Source of the DNA: Antedon mediterranea | Taxonomy: Eukaryota; Animalia; Echinodermata | Assembly (NCBI RefSeq): GCF_964355755.1 | Contig: NC_092675.1 | Span: forward strand, 26,632,912-26,696,911 | Length of the DNA: 64,000 bases | Reading direction: 5' to 3' | Shown: positions 24,157 to 37,800 of the stretch, in pieces | Layout of the letters: each line of letters opens with the position of its first letter | Numbering within the stretch: position 1 is the first letter of the stretch | Program-made: the position numbers and the translations under genes | Notes under the pieces: model-generated | Database searches by the model: none | Seen by the model: the letters and a program-made list of their open reading frames with translations, nothing else | What the model was told of the DNA's origin: nothing

Positions 24157-25797
24157 TTAGTAATTGAATATTTTAACACTGTTATCATCATAATCAATTA
24201 CTGCTATTGTTTGTGGTCTGTTGGAAATGACAGCGATTCCAAGTGGTTCTGGTAGTCCATCTTCAATACTATCTATTCGTTTTAAGAAAACACCATTGTT
24301 ATCAAATAATTGTAGTTTATACATACTGGATATTATTATACTTCCATTCATATCCATTTCTATACCACGGGGGTACATAACTTTCCCATCTTTATCACCT
24401 TCACTTACTAATGTTCTAATAAACATACCATTTGAATGAAACATTTGTATTCTATGGTTACCATGATCAGTAACCAGCACATTACCTTCCCTGGTTAAAG
24501 TGACATCAACTGGAACAATGAATTGATTTTGTATCTCACCCAGCAGGCTACCATCATCAATATTAAATTTGCAGCCCACTCGGGTATGTTAATATTCCTT
24601 TACCAAATTGAGCGCACTCTTCAAATTTATCATTAAGCATCACAACAATATGTCTTTGTCTGTCACTGTACACAAGGTGACCATTACCCATAATATGCAT
24701 GTTACGAACCTCAGCATTTTGTGCCAGTTTAATATTGGCAACAAATTCACCTAACTTGTTGATTTTCAATAACTCGTTACAAAGGCTTGATACTAATATA
24801 CAACCATCTGAGCCTAATGTTACACCTGTTATGTATTCAGTGTAATTGTGTGCTGCAATGGTACGAACAAGGCCCAGTTGTTCCACTTTGATATTCACTG
24901 GTGAACCTTTAAAGTGTGCTACTCCAGCCATGACCTCCATCTTCCAATCACCTTCCTTATCACATTTTCCCTTTATTCTATACTTTCCACTTCCCATGTC
25001 TTCTAACTTAGTTGCAGTTTTTTCACCTGATGGAGATATCAGAGTAGCAGTTACTTTACATCTATCACTTTTATTCAGACATTTTGCTTTCACTGCAAAC
25101 GTTTGTAATGGATCTATCACCTTTGTCAACGTTGAACCTGCTACAGTGTATCAATACTTATGATTTCACCAAGGCCTTTTGTAGTGAGAACATCATCCAA
25201 ATGTTCATTTATAATTAACGTTGGTTTAATGTACTGCACAGGTAAATACCTGGAATACATTACCTTCAAGCATTGTTTAACTTTTTCTAAATCTGACTTG
25301 AAATCATCAAGTGTCTTTTTCTTTTCTGGTTTGTTCTTCGATTTAGTAACTGATGCCTTCAGATCTTGCACTTCCATTTGGTGTGATTCTAGCTCCATCA
25401 ATTGATTTTCAATTGCTTCATTATTTTGCTGACGTAAATTTTCTAGATCCAATAATACTTTTCCACTTTCTTCTTTCACACTAGAAATAATCATTTCTGT
25501 ATGCGTTTCAATAACTCCTTTGATCGTCTGTACCTCTGATTCAAAGTTTGCTTTGTCATCCATTATAGAATGAAATGTAGCTTCTAATTCTTTCTTGATA
25601 TCACCAGCTGACAGAATAAGTTCAGTTACTCGTTTATTAATTGCATCTATAGCATCACTGATTTGTGTAGAAGCATGATCTGATTTGTAACAACCCACAA
25701 AACATTTCTTACATACACTTTTGTTACAAGTTGTACAAAACCTTTCTACTGTGTTGTCTTGATGGTCTTGACATCTTCCTGATACTTGACTTGACAT
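24157..25797 (-). pseudogene. TRIM-NHL-like copy 4, frameshifted
   Basis: The B-box/coiled coil is open (ORF 25141..25857). Relative to copy 2 there is a small insertion and stop at ~25143, a deletion at ~25105 and a ~60-bp NHL deletion at ~24570. Confidence 0.85.
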
Positions 25798-26161
25798 CTG
25801 CAAATGTAAACATTCATTTTTGTTATGCAAATCCTTTATTAGTTGTTTTAATTTCATAATTTAGTAAAACAAACATTAAGGCTCCAAATTAATTCTACTT
25901 TCCAATCTACTTTCACGTGCCCTAGTAAAACGCAGTGTAGCTGTAACTTGTAGTGATCGAGCTGTACTTGTAGCTTAGTGGTTAACATGCTTTCCAATCC
26001 CAAGGTCCAACGTTCAATCATGACCTAGTGCCAGGGTTGTAACTCATGACTCCACTCCCTAAGCTTAAATGAGACTTACTTTATAACAATGGTAAATTAT
26101 AACATAGTTTATCAACCTGAAACTGGCGAGTTACTCGCTGTTGGATGCGTGTGAAATTAAA

Positions 26162-26272
26162 AAACAAGGCCATATACATGGCTGCAGTTGCGTGCTCAAA
26201 TTTCAGTTAGTGTTTACCGACCGACGGACCTACTAACCGAACGACCGACCAACATAGTTAGCTACAGAGTTT
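26162..26272. mobile_element. Short interspersed element with (ACCG)n, Helentron/DINE-1-like; second copy at 27170-27258
   Basis: Both copies begin AACAAGG(C/G)CATATACATGGCTGCAGT and carry a CCGA/GACC microsatellite followed by ACATA..GT(T/G)AGCT. The class is inferred from this layout. Confidence 0.5.
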
Positions 26273-28239
26273 ACACACACCAGGCAAAGGTCGCCTTCGG
26301 TGTTCTGCGATGTAAAGTTGGTACCTGTTATTAGTGGTGCTAATTTCATAATAATATTATTTAACCGCTATTTGCAAACTGATTTTATAGAGTTGTTTTC
26401 GCTTTAAAAGAAGGTCTCAAAGTTTTTAGATAATATTCATTTGTGAATCTTCTACCACATAAGCATTTTTCAATGTTTGTTTACCATTTTAAATTAAAAT
26501 ATTTTGCCGTTGTATTGTAAGCCTTTCGATATTCAAAATATGAAATGCATTAAAATTTAACTTACTGTATATTTTAAAAGATATATATGGGTATCTTGAT
26601 GACACGAAAAAACAATACTTTGACAGGATTAGTCTGATTTTGTTAGTAACTAACATTAGTTTTCTTCTACCTGCTGTGCGGAACAGTCTATTGTAATTAG
26701 GTGCGGCTGCTGAATGCTTTAATGGAAGGTACAAAAAGTGCAAAGTGCAATGTTGTGTATAAATATACTTGTTGCTAAACAAACTTACAAAACAAGCAGA
26801 ACATAGCATACAATATTTGCTTAATTGCGGTAATTTATTATTGATTTTTCTGCGGACTTTATTCCAATACTGACAGTTATTAATTGTTTTTAATGTTCTT
26901 TGCAATAGCAACACTTGTTTTCATATTAAAACAGTTGCTGATTGGTGAATGATAATTTGCGTTTTTTCTCAGGAAAGTTTCCCTTCATAGGGGTTTCCGA
27001 GATGACGGATTATTGTACTGTAGAGTAACGCTTGGAGATTATTAAAGTTAATGTCAATTATTATATGTAGGTCACCAGAGAAGAGTGACATTTCAATCTT
27101 CCACGGGACTACATGATTCAAATTCACATGCCTAAATATCATTCAATATTCAAAACATGGCTTAAAAAGAACAAGGGCATATACATGGCTGCAGTCGCGA
27201 GCTTAGTTATTGTTGACCGACCGACCGACCAACCGACCGACATACAGTAGTGAGCTGTAAATGGGTAATACTGAACCTAATTCTCGGTAGGTTTACTAAT
27301 ATTCTAGATTGTATGTACCACTACGGTCAGCCCCTTCAGGAAGCGATTGAAGAATTAGAAAGATGATAAATAATCAAAACTTAATAAATGTTTGTTTTCA
27401 TCAAATATTCGGTAGGTTAGCTTCTATTCGAAATGGAAAAATGGGTTGAGGAACTTTTCTTCCATATGCGATGACGTATTTCAATGGCCTGATGCATGAA
27501 CACGCTAGCACTGTAAACACCTGTAAGTTAAGTTGGCTTTTCTTGGAATTGTATTTCTGTAAGTTATATATATTGAATTTAAATTTTGAACTATTCGTGG
27601 TAATAAGAATTCTAATGATGAACTACTGTATTCCTATTATTCCCAGGTAGCCTAACATTTCTTTATAAATCCAACGTTTAATAGGAAAATAAGGAAGATT
27701 CGGTCCTAAAATATGACCGTTTTCTATGAACTGGCAAATATTATTTATGCAATTTATTTTCCGGTTTGTACTAAATGAATACCATAAATGTCAGCGATTT
27801 ATTTAAGGTTCAGTTGTTATGTGATCTATTGCTGTAGAGGCGTCATCATTTCCTTTTTGTATGCATCAATATGTATGTCATACTAAAATAAAGTTCATAA
27901 ATCCATTTTTATTTTTCTCAAATTAAACTTACAGATGACCCAACAATTATTATTATTATTACATCCATTTTATTCGTTATTTGCCAGTCTGAGATATCCC
28001 TCGCAGACAAAAATTCGTCCACTCAAATTTATTTTACAGAAGAAATTATAATTACTACTGTAGCTAAACGTTTGGCCTAATAATAACATCTAAACGTGTT
28101 ACTATTTTTCACCCAAAGTTGTATATTTATATATGTATATTATATGTTACTAGTAAACAAAAAACAAATAAAAAAATACAGTAACATAGAATCGATCAAA
28201 AGTGTAACTAAAATCAGATAGATTCGGTAAATAAATTTA

Positions 28240-29032
28240 AGCTTTGTTCACACTAGATACGGTAAATAAATGTAAGCTTAGTTCCTACTAGAATTTGGTT
28301 CTCACTAGAGACGCAACGCAACGACGTAACACAACGTATAGTGATTTGACCAACCACAAGCGACGGATTATTCGAACAGTCGCTTGTCATTGGTTAAGTC
28401 GCTTGCGTTGCGTCTCAAGTGGGAACCAAGCTTTAGACTCAGCGTAAGTACGTAACCGCAACGTGGGTAATTTAGCCAATCACGACGCGTTAGATAATAA
28501 TAATCCACAACGGGTTATGATTGGTTAAACTACCCTTGTTGTGCGTAAATTATTGCGTTGTGTGTCTTGAGCTTAGTTCCCACGATGACGCAACGCAAGC
28601 GAATTGACCAATGTCAAACGAAAGTTCGAATAATCCATCGCCTGCGATTGGTCAAATTACTTAAATTGCGTTTAAGTACTTGCGTTGCGTCCTAGTGGGA
28701 ATCAAGTTTTAGTGGAAACAAAGGCTTTAGTGGGAACCAAGCTTCAGCATCTTTCGGAATAACATTAAAGCTAGATTTACACTAGTTCCGTTTTTGTTTC
28801 TGGGAAATCTATATGGTTTTCCAATAAAAAAAAAACACCCGCCGTCTTCCGTTATGTGGAACGGAACCTGTGAGAATTCAGCTTTAAGCTTAGTTCCCAC
28901 TATGACGCAACCAAAGGACGTAAACGCAACGCAAGCGTGTTGACCAATGACAAACGACAGTCGAATAAATCCATCGCTTGTGATTGTTCAAATCCCTTAC
29001 TTTGCGTTGCGTCTCTAGTGGCAACTAAGCAT
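28240..29032. mobile_element. Nested cluster of Harbinger-like MITEs, family B
   Basis: Left ends AGCTT(A/G)GTTCCCACTA-like occur at ~28240, 28275, 28295, 28570, 28769 and 28888. Right ends TAGTGGGAACCAAGCT-like occur at ~28432, 28708, 28727, 28743, 28883 and 29031. The internal GACGCAACGCAA motif is shared. Confidence 0.8.
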
Positions 29033-30944
29033 TAGCGGGGAAGATTGTAAAGCAATAGAGTAACCCATATCCTCACTATAAAATGTACATAGATTTATCA
29101 TTTATAAGAAACATATCACACTCTCCTGAAAAATCCCCGCTGTATATAATGGTTAAATTTGTAACTATCGCAAAAATATGGAAATTTAACACACTGGAAA
29201 AGTGCAGGTGTATGACCTACATATAAATCATTGATTCAAATTTTGTTACACAATATTTAGATAACTACCAACGAAAATGTATGAACTCTGACCTTAACTA
29301 AAAACAGTAAACCATAAATAATCACATACGCGACATATAATATAATTGTACATACGCCACCTACAGTAGTTATACATCGCATTATTGTTATTGATTGACA
29401 AATATGTGTGACAAATAAAAATAATTTTTGAAATCCAAATTAACAAAATATTGCTTTACATACAATTTGTACTAATACGTTTTTTTATAATTAAGAGTTG
29501 ATTAAAAATATTTAAGCAATGAGTGAAGAAAGTAATAGTTTGACGTGAAATCAGAATGTACAAAAACAATACAGTACCACAGATCATTATAAAGTATTAA
29601 AATACTCTACACAATTGTAAAATTCACAAATACATCAACATACATCATCTAGTCATACTCAGACGTCTTTATTATATTATTAGTAAATTAGAATAGTCAT
29701 GTGCTAATAAAGTCATTAAATGGGGAAAAAAACTTATTGCCTTCATGTAAATACTATCCAGTTACCTACCCCAAAACTATTTCACTTTAAGTCAAATGTG
29801 GTATTCACTTAAATAGCAGAATTTTTCAGATTTAAATTTCCCTTAACCTAAGTGTGACTGCTGAATACCTTCATGTCATCACAAAATCGAAAGGTTTAAA
29901 AGTGTTATCATCATATCATTTTTCAGAACAAATCATTTGATTGTCAATGGGAAGATTCATAAACTGGAGATAATCTTATTCTTAACTTAAGTTAAAAAGT
30001 TGCTTAATTAAGATTATCCTTTCTAAAATCAGTCAAATACCAACATGCACAAAATCGTGATGTACATTAGGCTATGTAAAAAAAAGTAGTTGATCGTCCC
30101 CACATCATCATCTGAATATGGCTAGACGATTTTTTTCTCTTTCTGATGAACTGAAATTTGCGAAAATATCTTTGAAAGCCACATTTCAAAGCCAATTCGT
30201 ACTCGGATTTTGCACACGTTTTAGTAATTTTTTTATTTTAGGAACATACCGAAACATAAAACAAAACAATCATTTTGTCAGTTGTTGTCCCCTGGTGCTC
30301 CTTGCGACTTTTTTCAACTATCAACAACTTTTGTTTACGTGGCCTTAGGTTGTCTTTATCATCATCTGAATTTTAATTTAAACCATTTTATGCTTGCTTC
30401 ACCATCCTTGTGAACTAACTTCAAACGTTCTGCAACTTCTTCTATGGTTTTAATTCAACAAAAATCGACAAACAGTGGTACGATAACCAACCAATCAGGT
30501 ACCACATTCCTTAACGTTTGTTATTCTGCAATCACGTTTGATAAATTTTCATTTTTTAAGGTTTGGTTTCAAATTCTATAAAATAAAAAAAAAGCATAAC
30601 AACTTAAAATATGTATAGATTACAGAAGACTAGCTTGTAAATTACTACACTCTAGGAACATTTAAGAAGAGGGTGGGGGTGGGAAGGGGAAGCAGTTTAC
30701 ATAATGATTTGATTTTATTGAATTCAATCTCCTGAAATTAATGTTAAGAAACAAAATTTCCAGAATAGCCCAAAAAAATGTATGATCATGTAATTAAAAC
30801 TAAATACGAAAAGCAAAACCGACAAAATAATATGACGTAACAATAAAAAAAACCTGATAAATAAAGAGGAAATATTATATTTTCAATAACGAACAAATAA
30901 CACCAAAATGAAACCTAGTTATGTGATTTATGCACGATTAATAT

Positions 30945-31590
30945 AAAATTATTTTTTGGGTAAATTCTTTGGTAATTACACACTATCAATATAGCTATAA
31001 AACTACAAAATTTACAGCTTTTATTAAAACATTTCAACATATTTGATTGGAAATAAATGGAAAATACCAGAGTAAAATCTATTTAGAGACAAAATAAATT
31101 GTGATTTTATGAATAGAGTATTACGGTTATAAAATCATTTTGTTGGTAATTACAATATTACAGATGTAACTGTTATTATATTATTAGCTGTAAATTTTGA
31201 TTAAAAAGATTACATCATTTAATAAGTTTTAAAGAAATGAGAAAATCTATATATCTATTTTTCAAGAAATAATACAGTGACAATGAGACATATCTAGAAA
31301 ACATACATCTGATTATTGTAAGAAACAATTATTAAATTATTTTGTTGGTAATTACAATATTAAAGATGCAACTGTCTATTATTATTACCTGTATATTTGG
31401 ATTAAAAAGATTACATCACTGAATAAGATTAAGTAAATGGGAAAATCTGCGTATTTGTTTTCAAGAATAAAAAATACAATGAAAAAACATAGAAAAACAT
31501 AAATTTGATTATTTTACGAATAAACAAAGAAGTAGTAACGATTATAAAATTATTTTGTTGGTAATTATAATTCAAAAGATGCAATTCTCT
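30945..31590. repeat. Degenerate ~200-bp tandem repeat (3-4 copies)
   Basis: The motif ttttgttggtaatta(c/t)aat..a.agatg.aa recurs at ~31138, 31340 and 31553, and more weakly at ~30968. Confidence 0.65.
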
Positions 31591-31838
31591 ATTTTTAGTT
31601 ATGAAACGTGTATTATAGAAAGCTATTAACTTTCAACTAATGTACTAAACAAAAAAATACAACATGCATATCATATCTAAGTTGTCTTCTTCTGCCCATT
31701 ATTGATAACTTGTTGGAGCAAGAGCAGTTAATTATTATATTTAATAAATATTATTATTATAACTAGTTTTTCTTTGATATTATAAGCAAGTTTATCAATA
31801 TTTTTCAAATCTCAGAAGACAGTGAAATATTTTCTTAC

Positions 31839-34800
31839 CTAACTCTTGACTTCTTTTTGCAGATGTTGCAAGTATTCATAGTAAGACATACTAGACTCTG
31901 TTCTATCTTCTACCAAATGTTGTAGAAACAAAATGCGTTTTGGACTATTCTCTCTGTATAAACAATTAATCAAAGAAAGGTATTTGATTAAAGCAGAATG
32001 AAAACAATAATATATCTTAGTATCATTATAACATTGTTAAATTATAGTTATCATTCAATTCAAGCAATCGTAATTATAAACACATAACAAAGTAGTTTAT
32101 TACTACATACAGAGTGCATGCATGTGTGTGTGTTGTATCATCCTAGCCTCTGTGTTTGTACCAGGCTAGGCCTAGCTCTTTCCTGGTGTTGATAACAAGT
32201 TTTCATCCAAAATAAAATGTGTTGAAATTTACATATAGTAAATTTGGATTGTGAGAGGCATAAAAATATACAAACTGCTATTTTATATTAGTTGTCAAAC
32301 ATTATTTTTTCAACCATATCATATACAAAATGAGATATAATCTATACCCATTGTCGAATTGGCAATTTCCAGTGACGTCATGGCAGTTACCATTTCCTCT
32401 ACTTAAATACTAATAAATGAGATTTAGTAATACGTTCAGGATACAAACATGATAAATGTTTACTTTAATAGGAACTAAAGCTCTGTCTACTCTATCAAAC
32501 TTCATGTGACAAAAAAATGTGATGTGCCCATATATGGACATGATGATGTCATATCACTACCATATTTATGCACATCAAACTTTTTTTGTCAAACTACTTT
32601 GATAGTGTGGACAATGCTTGAGACAGGAAATCTCATTTCCAAATTTTCTAAAGGTTCAAAATGTTAAAAATATTTTCCTACTATGTAAAAACACATTCTA
32701 CTAAAAACCAGAGCTTCTAGATATCTTGGATCAGCTTGCCCGGTTGCGGGAAAGCCGACTAGTACTGTAACAGAATGCATAAATTGCCATACCTGATTAT
32801 TTGTAATGGGGCATGTACTGTTCTTTTTCCTAGCAACCAGCCAATAAAGTTTCTAAGTCTTTCTGATGCTGGGTTCTCCAAAACTGGCAATTCCATCTGA
32901 AGAGATATAAAAAAAAACAATACACCATCATTCAATTACAGTAATTATTCAAAAGGATCTTTTTGAATAAACGACCCTTCCTGGATTAACCACCCCAGGG
33001 ATTTGATTATTTTTCATGAATAAACGCCCTCACATACATTCATAACACCCAAAACTGTATTCAGCAAAACATCAAACATTTCTATTTTGTAGATATACAC
33101 TTAACAAAACAGATCAAATTTAGACTGTATTTTATGACTTCTTGAAATAAATTTTGTTAAAAAACTTTGGAGACAACTAATAATAATAATATAATATAAT
33201 GTACTGATTATGTTTAATATGATAGTTCCACATAAGGATAGAATTACTTTTTAATAACCTTTTAACCACAACATTAGATTAACCGTAGAAAAAGAAACTA
33301 TGTACAAGGAAATAAGGAAGTACTTTACATCCCGTCCATTTTCTTACCGTGCTTTCAGAAATAGATGAGTAATCCGGACAATCCAGTATATCCTGACAGA
33401 ATTGTGGTGATATGGCAGCCTGCACAAACAGGAACATCATATCTCCTGTATCCATCAGGAATGCCCCGTTTCGGCTCAGGTATTCCGAGGATAGCCCGAG
33501 CAATGGTGGTTGAGGAACATCCACATCTTTTTCACTCAGAGAGCCCTAATAAAACAAGATAAATACAATTATTTTCCAATTACAATAATTTTATTATTTG
33601 GTGTTTGCCTTTTTCACTATTTATCTATTAAATTATAAACAGCATATTTTGTATTTGGAGAGGGATTTATCTCCTTTTCACTACCTTTAGAATATTCAAA
33701 TTGTTAGATAAGACGGGAAGGAGACATACATGTTGCAATTATTCTTTCTTATTCTTATTTGTACATTTGGATACACTTGAATTTGTACTTTACCTTTGTT
33801 CTTCATACCCTAATTGATAAATTCTATTAATTTTTATATTTATTTTCATCATTTACGTGCACAATTGGGTACTTAATGCAAATTTGTGTAAAATTTCCTA
33901 TTTTGAATTTCCTTTGGACCTAATCCAAGGGTCACATAAGCCTACTGAAATTACCTCATGTGAAAATATTATGGTATAAAGGCTTACATACATTTTAGCA
34001 TAAGCTAATATAAGCTCTAAATGAGATTGTAAACAACATATAGGATGAAAATGAATTTTGCACTTTTTCTCTTCATACCCTACTAAAAATTGTTATGGCT
34101 ATGGTTTGCAATGCCCCTGCTATAATTCAAGTTTCAAAACCTTTATTTACACACTCTAACATAAAAGATAATACAGTACAATGCAGTAAAATGTTTGTAT
34201 AAGATCAGATGAAGAAAAACATCTTGTGTTGGGCGAGCAGTAACAAAAGAAAGGATAATGAATAGGATATTTAAGAAAGAATAAATAAATAAATTTTAAC
34301 AAAACAAAAAACAAACAAAAATTGTATGGAAAAGACAATCCACTCGACCCTAAACTACCCGCCTTACCTCATCAGCAAGATTGTGAACAGCGTACAGGCT
34401 AGGATAAACCTGTAACATAATCAAACTTAATGGTTGACTCTTAAACATCTCCATAGCAAAGACTCGATCATCTAGTTTTGTACTGGAGCCCAAACGAAAT
34501 GCAATCTATAAAACAAAATTAACAATTGACTTTAAGCATCATATATAAATAAAGCTTTGGTTTTAGTTATTATCAATTATTATTATTTGAATAGATTAGA
34601 TAATTTTTATACACTTACATTTTTTAACAAAGCTAAGGTATATAATGGAAGCAGACGAAGACTGTATGGTATTGAGAGAGTGCCAATGGTTTGACTCGAT
34701 GGTAACGTCTCCTTAAACGCCGTCATTGAGTCAATGCACACGTTAACAATAGCATCACGAGAATCTTGCATTGACGATGATTGACACTTATCAACAGCTG

Positions 34801-37800
34801 AAAAAGTTATCTCATTAAAATTTAATTTATTATATTTACTTAAAAAACCATCAAACAGCAGGTACATGCTTTCTAAACCAACAACTAGCAACATTGTATT
34901 GGTCATCACAGATAGGAAACTGTTATAGGATTTGAACCATGGACCCAGGGATTAGTAAGCATGCAGGCTAACCACCTAGCCACTATGTCACAATTACTCT
35001 GCATACAACATTTAATGTAAAGCATATCACTTTAGCATTCTGAGGAGAATGGCCATAAATTTATGCAATTCTGGAGTAATTAAACAGCCCTAAATTTTGT
35101 ATAAAGCTACCCTGGGATAAAACACAAGGTAATCCAAGTAAATAAGGCATCCCAAAAATATTTATTGGATATTAATGTTTTTAATGATTTAAAATTTACA
35201 ATAAAAGTACAAATTAAATTAAAGATAATATTGTTGTTTCATTAACTTACCCATTCTTGATAACAAGCCTATGATGGCCTGTGAATCTGCCCCTGCGTAG
35301 ATTTCTGATAATTGACCGGTTATAGGGAGACACATGGTATGTACCCGGATACGTCTTTCACCTATATCAAGTAAAAACAATAAAAAAGTAATAAGCGCAA
35401 TTGTACATCAATGATCCTCATTTTCAAATTAGGCACTCTATCGATAAATTCACAGTACAGCACTCACAATGGCAAGCACCCGTACTCGTGCCCCTTATTC
35501 ACCATTGAGAGTAACGCTAAGGGAAACACTTATCCTGAAACTTTTAAAATTCTTAATCTATCTTCTATACTTAAGGAAAATCCTGAAATATTTATTAAAT
35601 GCCTAATTGATACATACTATCATATGTCTTTTTATCGGAACAGCATTGCTAAGGCTGTTCTTTTGAAGCTGAATAAAAGGGAAATGTCTCTCGTGAATTC
35701 TTTAGCATGTACATAATAACACTGGTTTTTAATAATGAACATACCTTTGCTGCTTGTGTAGAGCAAGGCTGCCTGAAAGCAGGCTGTCTGTGAGTCGTTT
35801 AAAGTGTCTTCAATAGACATCTGCATAGCATAGCCAGCATCTGGACTAACATTTGGCAGAGACAACAGATCTGTTGACCGCACAAAGAAATTGCCATGGA
35901 ATGTGTGCAAAGCCAAACCTAAAAACAATTAAAGAAAGGTTATACTTACTGGCATCCAGTGGATGACAGAGAAACAAAAACCAAACAAAAATTGCAATGT
36001 AGATAAAGACATGGAATAAGATATATAGAGGGGTTTTCAAATTGCGAAAACCTAAAGACAAAGCACACACGCAGATTGTTCTGACAGTAATTTCCTAGAA
36101 CTAGATTCCTCTAAAACTGTATTGAAAAATAAAGTAAGGAAAGTCTCTACATGCTGAAAATGCACTAACATGGCGTAACGAAACATTAAATTTAACGCGA
36201 AAGCTCCTGAAAAAATATTTGATTTAGATTTAGTTTACCCTTTGTGCAACGAATCCTCATAACTGCTTCAAAGCCAATCTTTCGAGTCAGATAGCGACGG
36301 AAATCTTTTTCAAATCTATCAGCTTGAAGAGGGTTTGCATTGGTATGTAGTCCTGGGAAATGGTACACTGATCCTGCAGAAAACTTGGCCATTCCAGCTT
36401 AAAAATAAAAATGAATAAATTATTTGTTGCTCTAACCAGTTATTTTAGTGGGATACAAAACGTAATAGAGCATATAAAAACATATATTTCTGAATTTGGT
36501 ATATTTGTGGTTAGTAAGAGTTGTGATGTGTGTTGTATGCTCTACTGAATCCTAAAGCTTGTTTTCCACTAGCCAATTATTTTGCATGTTCTCCGATTGG
36601 TTGAGAATTGTTTCACATCATGGGAATATGAATTTTCAGGTGCATAAACCACTCCTTTAATTTTCCTAGTGGAAAACATGGTTTTAGTTTTGTGTATTGA
36701 ATAACAATTTCATACACTGTACTGTAACAACCTAACTACAGTGTGTTTACAATGAGCTTACCAAGCGTAGCCAAGTCAGCATATTGAGAACTGAACAAAA
36801 ACAGATCTGCACCAATCTGTTGAGCTGAGAAGTCTAAAGCCATCTTCTTGTAAAAGTCTGTTGCGGGGCCTAAGTTGGCCACATTCTAAATATAAAATAC
36901 ATTACCGTTTCATCAATACAGTATATGTACATTTTGTTAATAGAATATTCTTGATTGGTGACGGAAGACTTCTTTCTCATTCAACATAGATTGAACGAGA
37001 TTCATCAATAAGGTGGTAATGTAAGGGGTTACCCTGGTGTACTAGTTCACACACAGCCACTGTCACAAACTCATAATAGTACTATAGACTGGGTCCTCTT
37101 TGATTGAAGAGGTTACCCAGTATAAAGAAGAAATAATAATGGTAATGCTGCATCATGAAAACTAACCTTTGATGATCGTTGGTTAGGATCTTCTCTAGAT
37201 TTAAGAGATCCTGGGCCGGTGGTAGGCAAACTGGACTGAATGACAGTTACACGACCTCCAGTTGGACTCTATTGAAAACGAATAGCAAAAGTCAGTCAAT
37301 ATTTACTATTATTTATAAAACACCTGAATATATCCAATTGATTGGTTAATTACATATCACAAGAAGAGTTTAATGGTGATTATGAATGGTAATCTCTTGA
37401 ACGTTCATTTTTTTGATAAAAACATTCATTATTTTTTATATTATTTTACTTTGGTGATTGGAAATTAATGTTTTTTTTGGTATAAAATATGGAATTTACA
37501 AAAAGCCTTTAAATCTTTAAATTCCAGAAGGAATTTTTATAATTTTCAGGATATAATTTGGAAACTCTGGAGACTGGAAACTGTACCTTAAATACACAAG
37601 AAAGATATCGCTATTTGTTTAATTCACTTACCAAGAGTTTATATGCAGCCTGTAATGCTGGTCCAAGTGCGGTCCTTGTTTCTTTATTGTTTTCAAACAA
37701 GCTAGGCAATTGGTTTAACAGGTCTTGAACAAGCTGATAAAATAAACATACACAAATACATGTTATTCTTAAAGACTTCTAAACGCATGTGATTGTTTAG

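Noticed and set aside
9012-25405. Plus-strand ORFs overlapping the TRIM-NHL copies (e.g. 14258..14935)
   Set aside because: They are antisense shadows of the minus-strand coding frame and recur only because the genes are duplicated.
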